Under the pieces are notes generated by a model. It was not told where the DNA came from and ran no database searches. It saw only the letters and a program-made list of their open reading frames with translations. From Octopus vulgaris (lineage: Eukaryota), in assembly GCA_951406725.2 (NCBI GenBank), contig OX597841.1, positions 19,530,001 through 19,594,000 of the forward strand: a stretch of 64,000 bases of DNA. Reading direction: 5' to 3'. The position numbers and the translations under genes were made by a program. This document shows positions 27,237 through 39,034 of this stretch, one piece after another. Position 1 is the first letter of the stretch. The number at the start of each line of letters is the position of its first letter.

Positions 27237-27575
27237 GTTTAAGTGTTCAATGAGATCCTTCTCAACCACAAGTCTGGGTCTGTTGAATGTATGTATGGGC
27301 GATGATATTTCAGGGAACTCAGCTTCGCTCCAGCTTTGAAAAGACGAGGGCCTCCTTCCTGGGGTTTACTTGTTGTTTTCACCTTGAGGACCTGATCCGG
27401 CCACCAGTTGTAGCACTCACCAGTTAAAGCTCTGGAGTTGTTGCTGAGGCGATATTGAAGGGATTCCCTTTCAGTACTCAGAAGACAGGAAAGTGTTTCA
27501 TTCTTGCTCCAGGTGCGAAGGTTTGTCAGATTTGGTAAAGCAACGTAGGCAGCCCGAATCAATAAGTTTAAACAT
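26570..27575 (-). mobile_element. Decayed HERO-like (R2-group) non-LTR retrotransposon 3' portion with a duplicated 3' end and a (CT)n insertion
   Basis: LIRAAYVALPNLTNLRTWSKNETLSC..RALTGECYNWWPDQVLK, then ELTVSKEE..CRNHGWGARCEAIE..WLWIKR, matching the HERO pattern (LP.P.NL..W..CPLC..HILS.C..Y.WRHDQVL; ELTVPWE..W.W.KR). Confidence 0.72.
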
Positions 27576-27900
27576 ATTTGATAATAAAAAAAAACCCCCA
27601 AAAAACAAAAGAGACTTAGAAAACAAATGCATGCGCGTGTGTGGAACTTGGCAACGTGATAACTGGGATAAACATAACCCGATGTTTATAATAGGTATGC
27701 ATGCCAAGGCGGCGAACTGGCAGAATCTAGCGGTATTTCGTCTGTCTTTACGTTATGAGTTCAAATTCTGCCGAGGTCGACTTTGCCTTTTATCCTTTCG
27801 GAGTCGATAAATTAAGTACCAGTTGTGTACTGAGGTCAATCTAATCGACTGGCTCCCTTCCCCAAAATTTTGGGCCTTGTGCCTAGAGTAGAAAAGAATA

Positions 27901-28421
27901 CTGTAAATCTTCGTGTGTAGTCCACCCTTGTGTATAAAACGCAGGGGATTTTTAGGGAGCTGTACCTCTGAAAAACCTAAACCTTGTGTATAATACGCAC
28001 CACTTCTCTAACTTGAGTCGTGCGTAATTAAGCCAGCAGCACCTAGTCGAACAAACACTTCCGCGCATGCGTAATACAATAATGGTGATGTTCTTAACTG
28101 TTATATGGGAATGTAAATATGTTTGCAAATTGTTTTTGTTACATGTTATTCTGTGTTCCGAATACTTTTATTTTAATAAATGTTGCTTACTGCAAGTTAT
28201 GGATGATTCTTTTATGACTTCATTGCTTTCAGGCTTAGCTGAAGGTATTTTCGTACCCGGCATCACAAAATGCGTCTGAATAAACATTGCCGGACAGCAG
28301 ATAGAGAGCCGGACATTGCTTAGAAAATATTTTTCATTTTTAACCTCGTATATAGTACGCACTAGGGATTCTGACCTTTAAATTTTTGGGGAAAATGCGG
28401 ATTATACTCGAGGATTTACGG
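27901..28421. mobile_element. Pogo/Tigger-like non-autonomous DNA transposon
   Basis: TA|CTGTAAATCTTCGTGTGTAGTCC ... GGATTATACTCGAGGATTTACGG|TA TIRs with TA target duplications. Confidence 0.8.
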
Positions 28422-29961
28422 TATGTATGTATGCGTTTTCATGTGCATGGTGCATCACTGTCACCCGCATTAATATTCTACTATCCATACGACACCGGTT
28501 TAAAATTTTAGCATAACTTGGGTGGGAGGGGACAAGAAACTCCAATGCGGGTTACTACACTTGACCTAGTTAATATCCTACCAACCATGGCATTTCTTTT
28601 CATTTTTTCTTTCTGATAGTTTTTTTTTTTTTTTTTTGTATAGCGTAATAAAGACTATAACGTGCATGAGCGACCATCTGTGAAAAGCAGGCCGCATGAG
28701 ACATGGCTCAAGTTGAGACGAGTTGCTCTACAAAGACATTTCAAAATAATTTTTTGGGTAGGCGTGCCATTTAGAAAGTGCTGAGGGTCGCAGTTTGCCG
28801 AAAACCAGACTATATAGTTAGGACTAAGCTTTGTCGAGGTCAACAACCTTCGGCTTACAGACTAACTACATTCATAAAATAACAAATTTGAAATGTGGGT
28901 AGTGTATTACCGATATTGATTTCAAATTTTGGCACAATGCTAGCAAATCCGGGGGAGAGGCTAAGTCGATTCCATCGACCCCCAGTACTCAACTAGTACT
29001 TGTTTTATCGTCCCGAAAGGATAAAGGGCACAGTCGACCACGGCAGAATTTGAACCTAGAACGTGAAGGCGGACGAAATGCCGCAACGCATGCTAACGAG
29101 TCTACCAATTCGCCCACTTTGAGGTATTAACAATATTTTTAAAAAATAATTTTAGCAAAACTATTTTTGCACCCTCTGGATAATGACCAGACCCTAGAAA
29201 TTTAGGCGACTCTGAAAGTGTTGTGATCGACGTGAATAAATCATGGCAAAATCGTGACGATGGCAGACGCAGACGTTGCCATCCTCGATCTCAGAGAAAT
29301 AACCATCAATCGGAGATGTGAGAGCTATTAGGGAGGTGCGCCAAATTTCTCTTCTCGTGACGGACATTGTTTCTCGCTTCTTCAAGCGGTAAACTGGAGA
29401 AATCGACGCCAGACCCTAACTTGGGTCAAACCCTGACTGGGCGAGAATCGCAAATTGGCAATGCACATTCAAAAACCACTTAAGTATAAAGAGGTACGAA
29501 CATTTTTCTGTAAGATTCCAATAACTTGGAATTCAATACAAAACACTCAGGTCCCTTTTCGAAACTAAATTAGTGGGAGCATCCTGCGCCCTCGAACCGC
29601 CTTACTTTTTCTATCTGTTTGAAGCAGAGATTACCTACAGTGAATATGAGCAGACCCCAAGGGGACTGACCCCTTCAGCGCATCCCCAGCGCTTTTCTTC
29701 GGGGAAAACACTCGGATGATTCGCTAAAATCGTGGTCAGCAAGAAAGCTTGTTTTATGTGTTCTTTTACTTGCTTCAGTCATTTGACTGCGGCCATGCTG
29801 GAGCAACGTCTTGAAGGTCTTCTTTTAGTCGAAGACGTCGACACCAGGAGTAACAAGTAATTATTTTATCGCTCTCTTTTGCCGAACCGCTAAGTTACGC
29901 GGACGCAAACACACCAACATCGATCGTCAAGCGATGGTGGGGAGACAAACACACACACACA

Positions 29962-30012
<51 letters not shown>

Positions 30013-30626
30013 CAGGTTTCTTTCAGTTTCTGTCGACAAAATTCACTGACAAGACTTTGGTAGGCTCGAGGCTGTAGTAGAAGACACCTGTCCAATGTGG
30101 CACGCAGTGGGACTGAACCCAGAATCATGTGGTTGGGAAGAAAGCTTCTTACCACACGGCCACGCCTCCGCCGAGATGAATATCTTTTAATGACATTTTC
30201 TACAAATACCTTTTCAGATGGGGTACATTACAAATATATCGGAATTTAATGCGAAAATAGGAAAAAATTGGTTAGCGGGCACTCGAATATGCTGACACAC
30301 CCATTAAACACATTTGTTCAAATTGGGTCCCACCCCTGGCGAGGGCCCTGCGCACGCGCTCGAACGGAGGACGCTATAATAAAACTTTAGTATATCAAGC
30401 CCTCATCGGGATAGAGGGCCTTACTGATGATTCTCTGACTTTGCCTGCACTTCCTAGCGCCGGCTCAGCAGACACACAGCACAGAATTCCTTTCAAAATT
30501 TCAAGTCTCATTTTGTAGTTAACTCTTTCTTGCTTTTTTTTCTTTTTCAAAGTGATGAGTAAACATGTCTTCGGGGTGCCTAATTACTTGAATAGTTGTC
30601 GTAAAACCTTCAATAAATTATCTTTG

Positions 30627-30703
<77 letters not shown>

Positions 30704-30868
30704 CTATCTCGCCAGATACCGGAGTAAACACATAAATGTGAAATAAGGTGGAAAAAAGAGTACTCAAATACCAGTGGTAGAGTAATATAATAAAACCTGT
30801 TACTCTGAGTTTCACGTTCCCGTTCGTCGGACAGTTAAAAATAAAGTATCTCGCCAGAGAGATAGATA

Positions 30869-31133
30869 TGTAGCGTAACTGATATCCACGCTGTTCGAGA
30901 GACCCTCTCACACTCTCTCTCTCTCTCTCTCACACTCTCTCTCTCTCTCTCTTTGCACACTTTGTAAATAAAGTCTTCTTCTCTCTCAAACAGTAGAACG
31001 GTTTTGTCGTCCTTCATTCACTCCTTTCGGCATTGTTTTTTATACTATGTATTTGGTTTCTTATCTTGATAGGGGCGACCGTGCGGCGTTCAAAAGGAGA
31101 CATTTGTCACCAACGCACGGTCGTATTCCCTAC
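30869..31133 (+). mobile_element. Probable solo LTR (~265 bp)
   Basis: Starts TGTAG and ends CTACA; internal AATAAA at ~30966; imperfect 4-bp flanks GATA/GATT. Confidence 0.5.
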
Positions 31134-31147
31134 AGATTGATAACTGT

Positions 31148-31218
<71 letters not shown>

Positions 31219-32629
31219 TATCTTCGTATTTGTGTTTCTTTCCTATCACCATTTGACAACCGGTCCTTGTGTGTTTACATCCCCCTAACTTAGTGGTTCA
31301 ATAAAAGATATTGATAGGATAAGTACCAAGCTTAAAAAGAGGATAAATACTGGGCTTGATTAGTTCAACAAAGATTCTTCAAGGCGAAGCCCCAGCATGG
31401 CCGCATTCTAATGATTGATACAAGTAAAAGATAAACGTGATGGGCAGATAGATATAGAGGTGTGTGTGTGTGTGTTCGACATAAGAAACTGATAGAATAA
31501 GTAACAAACTTAAAAGAAAATTAGTTCAGGAAACGATCAGTTTGAATTAAATTCCTCAAGGCGGTGCCCCAGCATGGCCACAGTCTAATTACTTAATCAA
31601 GTAAAAAGAAGATAAAATGATAGCAAAATTAAAATATATATCTACTTTCTCAAAACGTTGTTTTCTGTCCCTTTACGAAAAGATTTCTCTTTCAGAGAAG
31701 AGAACTCTTTCACTGTCCTCTGTAAACACAGTTTCTCGCTGTTGAATTCAAACCTTGATATCCCTTCTTTCACACATCTGTCGATCTTAAATCATAATAT
31801 TTTTGTTAAACGTTCTTTGACCTTCGCCCTCCACCACATCTCTTTGCTAAGACGATGAGATGAACTTTGCTTTACTCTCATCTATTTCTTCTTCTTTAAC
31901 TTCTACCAACAAACTACTGAAGAAGCCAAGTGTACTCAGAGGGACTCTACCGACCCAAACTTTTATCCATTTCACTGATCCTACCCTTAACCTATACAAA
32001 AGACATTCTCTCAATGATAGTATCGGCCCCTACTCTCTACAGATGGATTTTTTGACTTCATTTTTATAATTTTTATTTTTATTGGTTTTTATTTTCTCAT
32101 AAATAGTTTACCATCTTCAGAATTTGTCTCTTTTCAGTAACGTAGCTGTGAGTGGGGGTGATGTGGACTGCACTTTCGCATCTGCTGTATAAGCCCGTAT
32201 AGAAGACGGGGAGATGACAAACCTTAGGGATGCCCCGAGGTCATATTAAATTTTTTTCAAACCACTTGACGTATTTCAAATTTTTTTCCTATATTTTTTC
32301 CTTTAAGTTTTCCACACCGTTGTAGCTGGTAATTCCTAGAAAAGCTGCGAAACCTCTGGGGAAAATGGTCCAGGGCGCCGTGAATGAATTTAGCCTGTGA
32401 CAGTGGAGACCTCTGGCACTCTCGGTCCCCTACTCACCATTAATTGGGGCGGAAATGGTTCTCTGCAAGTTGGAGCCCCGTGAGTCAGAGTGACTGTTCC
32501 TGCGCACCTCCCTCGCCATCCTCCAATGCAACGCCCTTTCCATTTTGTCTCCTGGGACCACGAGGCTGTCTGTGTTACAGGAAATTATATGTTCCACTCC
32601 TTAATGTAAAGTTGCTCTGTTAAATTCTC

Positions 32630-32665
<36 letters not shown>

Positions 32666-33012
32666 CTACATAAGGCAGATGAACGAACTCTGGAACTCTT
32701 TAATCTTACATGCAAAACTACATTCTTTAAAAAAAATAGTAACCTGGTGAAAATTTGAGATACTCCAAATGGTTGAAAGAGTTTTAACCACATCCTTGCA
32801 CCAAAACCCAGTGTAACCTCGCCACAGCTCGGATGCTTCCTTGATATCTTTGACACTATTGATTGTCTTCGCATATTCATCTCTCTTCATTACTACTGGT
32901 TCACAGTTCTGCCTCATCTTTTCTATTTTCACCCTACACCATCCCAACTAGAACCACTACCCCATTCTCATTATTTCTTCAACTCCATTAGCAATGGGAA
33001 AGCACCATTTCT

Positions 33013-33810
33013 TCTTCACGCTTCCTCCTCCTTCACGCTTCCTCCTCCTTCACGCTTCCTCCTCCTTCACGCTTCCTCCTCCTTCACGCTTCCTCCTCCT
33101 TCACGCTTCCTCCTCCTTCACGGTTCCTCCTCCTTCACGCTTCCTCCTCCTTCACGGTTCCTCCTCCTTCACGCTTCCTCCTCTATCACGGTTCCTCCTC
33201 CTTCACGCTTCCTCCTCCTTCACGCTTCCTCCTCCTTCACGCTTCCTCCTCTATCACGGTTCCTCCTCCTTCACGCTTCCTCCTCCTTCACGCTTCCTCC
33301 TCCTTCACGCTTCCTCCTCCTTCACGGTTCTTCCTCCTTCACGGTTCCTCCTCTATCACGGTTCCTCCTCCTTCACGCTTCCTCCTCCTTCACGCTTCCT
33401 CCTCCTTCACGCTTCCTCCTCCTTCACGGTTCTTCCTCCTTCACGGTTCCTCCTCCTTCACGCTTCCTCTCCTTCACGCTTCCTCCTCCTTCACACTTCC
33501 TCCTCTATCACGGTTCCTCCTCCTTCACGCTTCCTCCTCCTTCACGCTTCCTCCTCCTTCACGCTTCCTCCTCCTTCACGCTTCCTCCTCCTTCACGGTT
33601 CTTCCTCCTTCACGGTTCCTCCTCCTTCACGCTTCCTCTCCTTCACGCTTCCTCCTCCTTCACACTTCCTCCTCTATCACGGTTCCTCCTCCTTCACGCT
33701 TCCTCCTCCTTCACGCTTCCTCCTCCTTCACGCTTCCTCCTCCTTCACGGTTCTTCCTCCTTCACGGTTCCTCCTCCTTCACGCTTCCTCCTCCTTCACC
33801 CTTCCTCCTC
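33013..33810. repeat. 17-bp minisatellite (CTTCACGCTTCCTCCTC)n, ~47 units
   Basis: Seen directly; the 17-aa periodicity of the 303-aa ORF equals three units. Confidence 0.95.
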
Positions 33811-33882
33811 ATACTGAAGTGTTAGTCACTAATCACTCCCCACTCAATGAGTCCGAAACAATGACAGACCATTTGCATTTTC

Positions 33883-34285
33883 ACTCTTTTTACTTGTTTC
33901 AGTGATTTGACTGTGGCCATGCTGGAGCACCGCCTTTAGTCGCGAAAATCGATCCCAGAACTTATTCTTTGTAAGCCTAGTACTTATTCTATCGGTCTCT
34001 TTTGCCGAACCGCTAAGTTACGGGGACGTAAACACATCAGCATCGGTTGTCAAGCAATGCTAGGGGGACAAACACAGACACACAAACACACACACACGCA
34101 TATATATATATACATATATACGACGGGCTTCTTTCAGTTTCCGTCTACCAAATCCACTCACAAGGCTTTGGTCAGCCTGAGGCTATAGTAGAAGACACTA
34201 ACTCAAGGTGCCATGCAGTGGGACTGAACCCGGAACCATGTGGTTGGTAAGCAAGCTACTTACCACACAGCCACTCCTGCGCCTA
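33883..34285 (-). mobile_element. Young full-length SINE family A
   Basis: Very similar to 43618-44037 and to the reverse complement of 22558-22955. Confidence 0.9.
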
Positions 34286-34629
34286 TTTTATCCAAAACCC
34301 TTCAAACTGAGTTATCTTCTTCTTCGACGACCTTTCACCCATCTACCCCAGTCGGGTTTAGAGGGGTTTAGCCGCCCTCCTTCCTTAAACCTCACATATC
34401 TTCGACTACAGCAATTCGCCCATTCACTCCTTCAGTTATTTCTCCCAATGAACTTCTTTTCCATCCCAGCTTGTAAACACAAGCCACATCCTCTCCCACA
34501 AACACTAACCAGCATCTCTAATTCTCCAAAGTCCACCTGTATCGTTACTCGTCATCTCTAGCCGTAGCAACTAGTAATGTACCCCGATGCCTCTTCACAG
34601 CTATATCGACACACACAAGAACAAGAGAT

Positions 34630-34767
34630 GACAAAGAAATAAATGTTTGCCTTATGAACTTCATTAGCTTACAGCTGTTTCTTATATAAGATGCAGTGGG
34701 TTCATAAGCGTCCAGAAACAGCTGTAAGGTAATGAAGTTCATAGGGCAAACATTTATTCTTTTTGTC
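34630..34767. repeat. Inverted repeat with ~52-bp arms and a 33-bp loop, made of Penelope-type GAAACAGCTGTAAG ends
   Basis: 34630-34681 is the reverse complement of 34715-34767 with a few mismatches. Confidence 0.85.
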
Positions 34768-34833
34768 GTATTACCGCTCTACATTCGGCTGGCACTTCGT
34801 TCTGAAACATACATATATTGAGTGCTACACTAG

Positions 34834-34874
<41 letters not shown>

Positions 34875-35235
34875 CAAGGTTTGGAGATAATGTACAGGTA
34901 GAAGAAATTATATTAGAAGAAATGAGGTACTCAGAAATTTGGATGGTTTTATATTTACAGATATTTATTCGTATATTACATGTTTTTATACATCATATAT
35001 CATATATCATATATCATATACAAGCGCTTTCGTCCATTCTGGTGGAATTTTCAAATTGAACTAAGTTGATATATATATATATCTAATTATATATATATAT
35101 ATTGTATATATTGTATTATGCAAAAGTGTCGTAAGTCCAAAACGTTGCTTTTTCAGAAAACGAAAAAAGTTCCACCATTCCATAGCAAAACTGGTGTGCT
35201 TCACTGACAATTTTTGATATCTTGGCATCTGAAGC

Positions 35236-35425
35236 AGTTTGACCAAAAGATAGTTTGACCCAAAAAAAGATAGTTTGACCCAAAAAAAGATAGTTTGACC
35301 CAAAAAAAGATAGTTTGACCCAAAAAAAGATAGTTTGACCCAAAAAAAGATAGTTTGACCCAAAAAAAGATAGTTTGACCCAAAAAAAGATAGTTTGACC
35401 CAAAAAAAGATAGTTTGACCCAAAA
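35236..35425. repeat. 20-bp tandem repeat (AGTTTGACCCAAAAAAAGAT), ~9 units
   Basis: Seen directly; internal units are identical. Confidence 0.95.
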
Positions 35426-35511
35426 GAACCGGCAAAAATAAAGCAAAAATAAATATTGAAAAAAACGCATTTGGCCAAATTTGGACATTCGACAGTCTCA
35501 CATGATAGCAA

Positions 35512-35576
<65 letters not shown>

Positions 35577-35578
<2 letters not shown>

Positions 35579-36520
35579 AGGTTGAGTCAAAAGTCTTTTC
35601 GTATTTCAAACTTTAATTAATAGTTGAAACAAGCAACACACGAAAATCATTTATTCATCAAAATCTATTCCATCAAATTCCGTCTACTGTCTGTTGCCAT
35701 CATTGTGTCAGAAGCTCAAGTTCCACGCTTGTACCAAAAACTCCCTGCACCCGTTTTCAACCTCATCCACATTGTTGAACCTTCGTCCGTTTCGGAAAGG
35801 AACCATGGTTCGGAAAAGGTAATCTGATTGTCCAAGTTATGGATTATAGGCAGGATGAAGCAACACTTCGGCCCCTCAATTCCTGGAGTTTGTGCTTGGT
35901 CACATTGGTAATGTGCGCTGGAACATTGTCATGCAGAAGGAATACGCATCTTCGATTGACCAATGCTGGGTAGCGGGCATTCAAAGTATCATACACTCAC
36001 TGCAGTTGTTGAGGATAAAGGTTAGCGTTCACAGAATGACCATTTGGGACAAGATCAAAATTCCATCGAACACACAACATGACCTTCTCTTCAAACCTCA
36101 CTGGTTTGACAACAAATTCTGAAGGCCTTGCCAGAAAGAAATCCCTGATTTCTTTTGTTAGGATCACGAAAATAGATCCAGCGTTCATCTCCAAAAACGG
36201 GTATCTCGAGGATTTGCAAACGTTCACACATCGTTGAGCCTGGTCATTTTTCAGTTCATGAGGAACGTCCTGAGATCGTCTGTCCACAAGGCCGAGCTTC
36301 TGGATGCTTCGTTTGATGGTACTTTGTGATGGACCAAGTTCTGCCGACAATGCACGACTACTTGTGCTTGGCTACTGTTCAACCATTTCAAGCAAGGCTT
36401 CTTTTTCCACAGCAGAACTTCTCCCTGACCTTGGTTTCTCTTCGGGGCTGGTGTCCCTTTCCTCGAATCGTCCGAACCAGTTTTGTGCTCCACGTTTGTT
36501 GACAGTTCCTGAGTTCATAA
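35577..36520 (-). mobile_element. Decayed mariner transposon
   Basis: Frameshifted ..STIKRSIQKLG..VPHEL..QRCVNVC..KVMLCVRWNF..NLYPQQL..YPALVNRRCVFLLHDNVPAH; TIR-like CCAGGTTGAGTCAAAAGT after (TA)n. Confidence 0.82.
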
Positions 36521-39034
36521 ATTCAGTTTTTGTCACCCTTTCCATCTCTTTTCTTTCACCATAACCTAAACCCTAACTTGAACTCTAAACATAAACCCCA
36601 AACACTAACCCTAACATGAAAAGACTCAATTTTAAAGGCTTAGTTTTTGCAAAATAAAGAAAATTTCAGATGAAAAAAGTTAATATGCATAAAAATATAC
36701 TGTTTAATATAGTTGCAGGTAAGGTGATGAGCTGGCAGAAGCGTTACCGTGCCGGGAAAATTACTCAGTGGCATTTCTCCTGACTTTTCTGGGGTTGGCT
36801 TTGCCTTTCATCCTTTCGAAGTCGATAAAATAATTATTAGTTGAACACTGAGATCAATTTAATCAACTTGCCCCCTCCTCCGAAATTGATGGCCTTATAC
36901 CAAAATACGAAATCAATACAGACACAGATATAGCTGTTTAATAAGAAAGGTGGCGAGCTGGCAGAAACGTTAGCACGCCGGGCGAAATGCTTAGCGGTAT
37001 TTCGTCTGCGTTACGTTGTGAGTTCAAATTCCGCCGAGGTCGACTTTGCCTTTCATCCTTTCGGGGTCGATAAATTAAGTACCAGTTATGCTTGTGGACA
37101 ATAAAGAAATAAGAGAGTTTTGAATTCATTCCCAGTATGTAGCATGTTGAACAAAATTCTTCTGTAATTTTAAGTTGGTTAACACCTCTTTCATTTCTCT
37201 TTTTTATTTTATTTTCAGGCCATAACAATATTTCTAACTTTGTCTAGTTTACGTCTTCATATTTCTTGTTATCGTATTTTCCAGCATAGTCGATAGAGCA
37301 TAAAATATAAACAAGTAGTATAAACATTCAACCATCATCGCTATCTTTCCAAATCCTGTTGCATTTCACATAGGATTTCAGGTCCTCCAAAATCGTCTTG
37401 GTGTGTAAGTCAACCTGCCCCCTTTTTTTTCTTTTGGCTGTAAATATACACTTGAAAAATTTGATTTGTATAGCATGACTTAAAATGGAACAAATTACCG
37501 AGAGAAAAATTATATCCAGTGCCCAAAAGACCTTGCAATCTGTGCACAATGGAGAGCCCCGAAATCTTTTCTGTTAAAGTTCCTATCCTTAATAAACACT
37601 CAGAATTAATTTCCTTTTTCTGGAATAAAATATTTAAATTCATTATTAGCAACAGAAGTAGTATTAGTCAAGAATAACAAACTGTAGATCTAACTAAACA
37701 TGGATATACTGTAAGAAAACCACAACACTGTGGTTTTTATTTTGAGAATGTACAGAAGTATCAACAGCAGACGAAAAGCCTCCAACCGTGGTGCTGGAAT
37801 TGCTAGAATCCTGACATCTATTTTTGCATGTCATCAGTAGGATCCATTGAACTAAAATGTCTCAGGACTTTAATTCTCTCCGAATTTGAAGCCACCTTTT
37901 CATCTGAGTTCCAGCGTGCACCATCTCCTATTTCTACTGAGCTCCAATTTAGCCGAATTCATCCGTCATCTCATTTACTACTCAATACCACAATTACTTC
38001 CCTTACAATTTTTACTGTCATTCTTCACGTACATCTATTTATTTATATATAACTGTTTCATATGTCTTTGGTGTGACTAAACTGCATCTGGCAGTGGGAG
38101 CCTGGCTTGGGAGGACCCAGGTTTTGAGGAGAATGGAACCACATCTTAGCCATTATTGTACTTAGGTCTACTCTGGCCTGAAGTAGTAGCACTTACCAGG
38201 ATCCCAACTAGGGGCTAATTTGCTTGTAAATAGAGGTCACCTGTGAATATGGGAATAAACAGCCTCAGACCAAATCATGAATGGCTCCTTGGCAAGGCCT
38301 AACATCTAGTGACCACCAAAGCCAAGGTACACTGAACTCATTGGACGCAGCATGGTGGATCTGAACTACTTTGTCAGATGAATTTGTTGAATCAATGGTG
38401 AATATCCCAAGATGCTGAGTGGATAAACAAGAAACAAACTGTCAACAGACTTCATTTTGCTTTGCCCAGTCAGCTGGCAAAACTGAGAAGTACCTTATAT
38501 TTCAAAGGGCCAGCCTTGTCACATCCAGTGCCATACTGAATCTTCATTGAGGTTACATGTGTCTGTGGAGTACTCAGCCACTTGCACGTTAATTTCACGA
38601 GCAAGCTGTCCCACTGATTGGCTCAACTGGGACACTCATTGTCATAAACAAAGGAATGCCAGCAATTATTTTTTTTAAAAATCTAATTGTTTTATCTTTA
38701 TTTTTTATTTATTTATTTTTAAGGATATATATTCTTCCATCCTGTATTTAATCTCTATGAGCATAATCCTTTACTTAACTAAGATAATCCTGCAATCTCC
38801 GCTTGCTCCAGCCCATGTGTGTCTATTATATCTGCAGATGTAACTTCTCATGTAGCTGTATTTATTAATATACAGTTTCTTTTTTTTTTTTTTGACTTGT
38901 TTCAGTCATTGGATTGCAGCCATGCTGGAGCACCAACTTGGAAAAAGTTGCCAGAAAATCTCTATAAAGAACCGAAACCAGTTCCTCTCAGATTCTGGCT
39001 GAATGCCATTACACTAAGAGCATACACCTTTGTA

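Noticed and set aside
31640-32990. Possible host coding exons
   Set aside because: Frames are interrupted and the composition resembles decayed LINE 5' UTR/ORF sequence; I could not assign a family, so it was not called
32994-33905. 303-aa Ser/Pro/Leu-rich ORF
   Set aside because: 17-bp minisatellite whose unit is not a multiple of 3; the ORF ends inside a SINE tail
35061-35609. Three overlapping ORFs with FWVKLSFFGSNYLFLGQTI repeats
   Set aside because: 20-bp tandem repeat read in rotating frames
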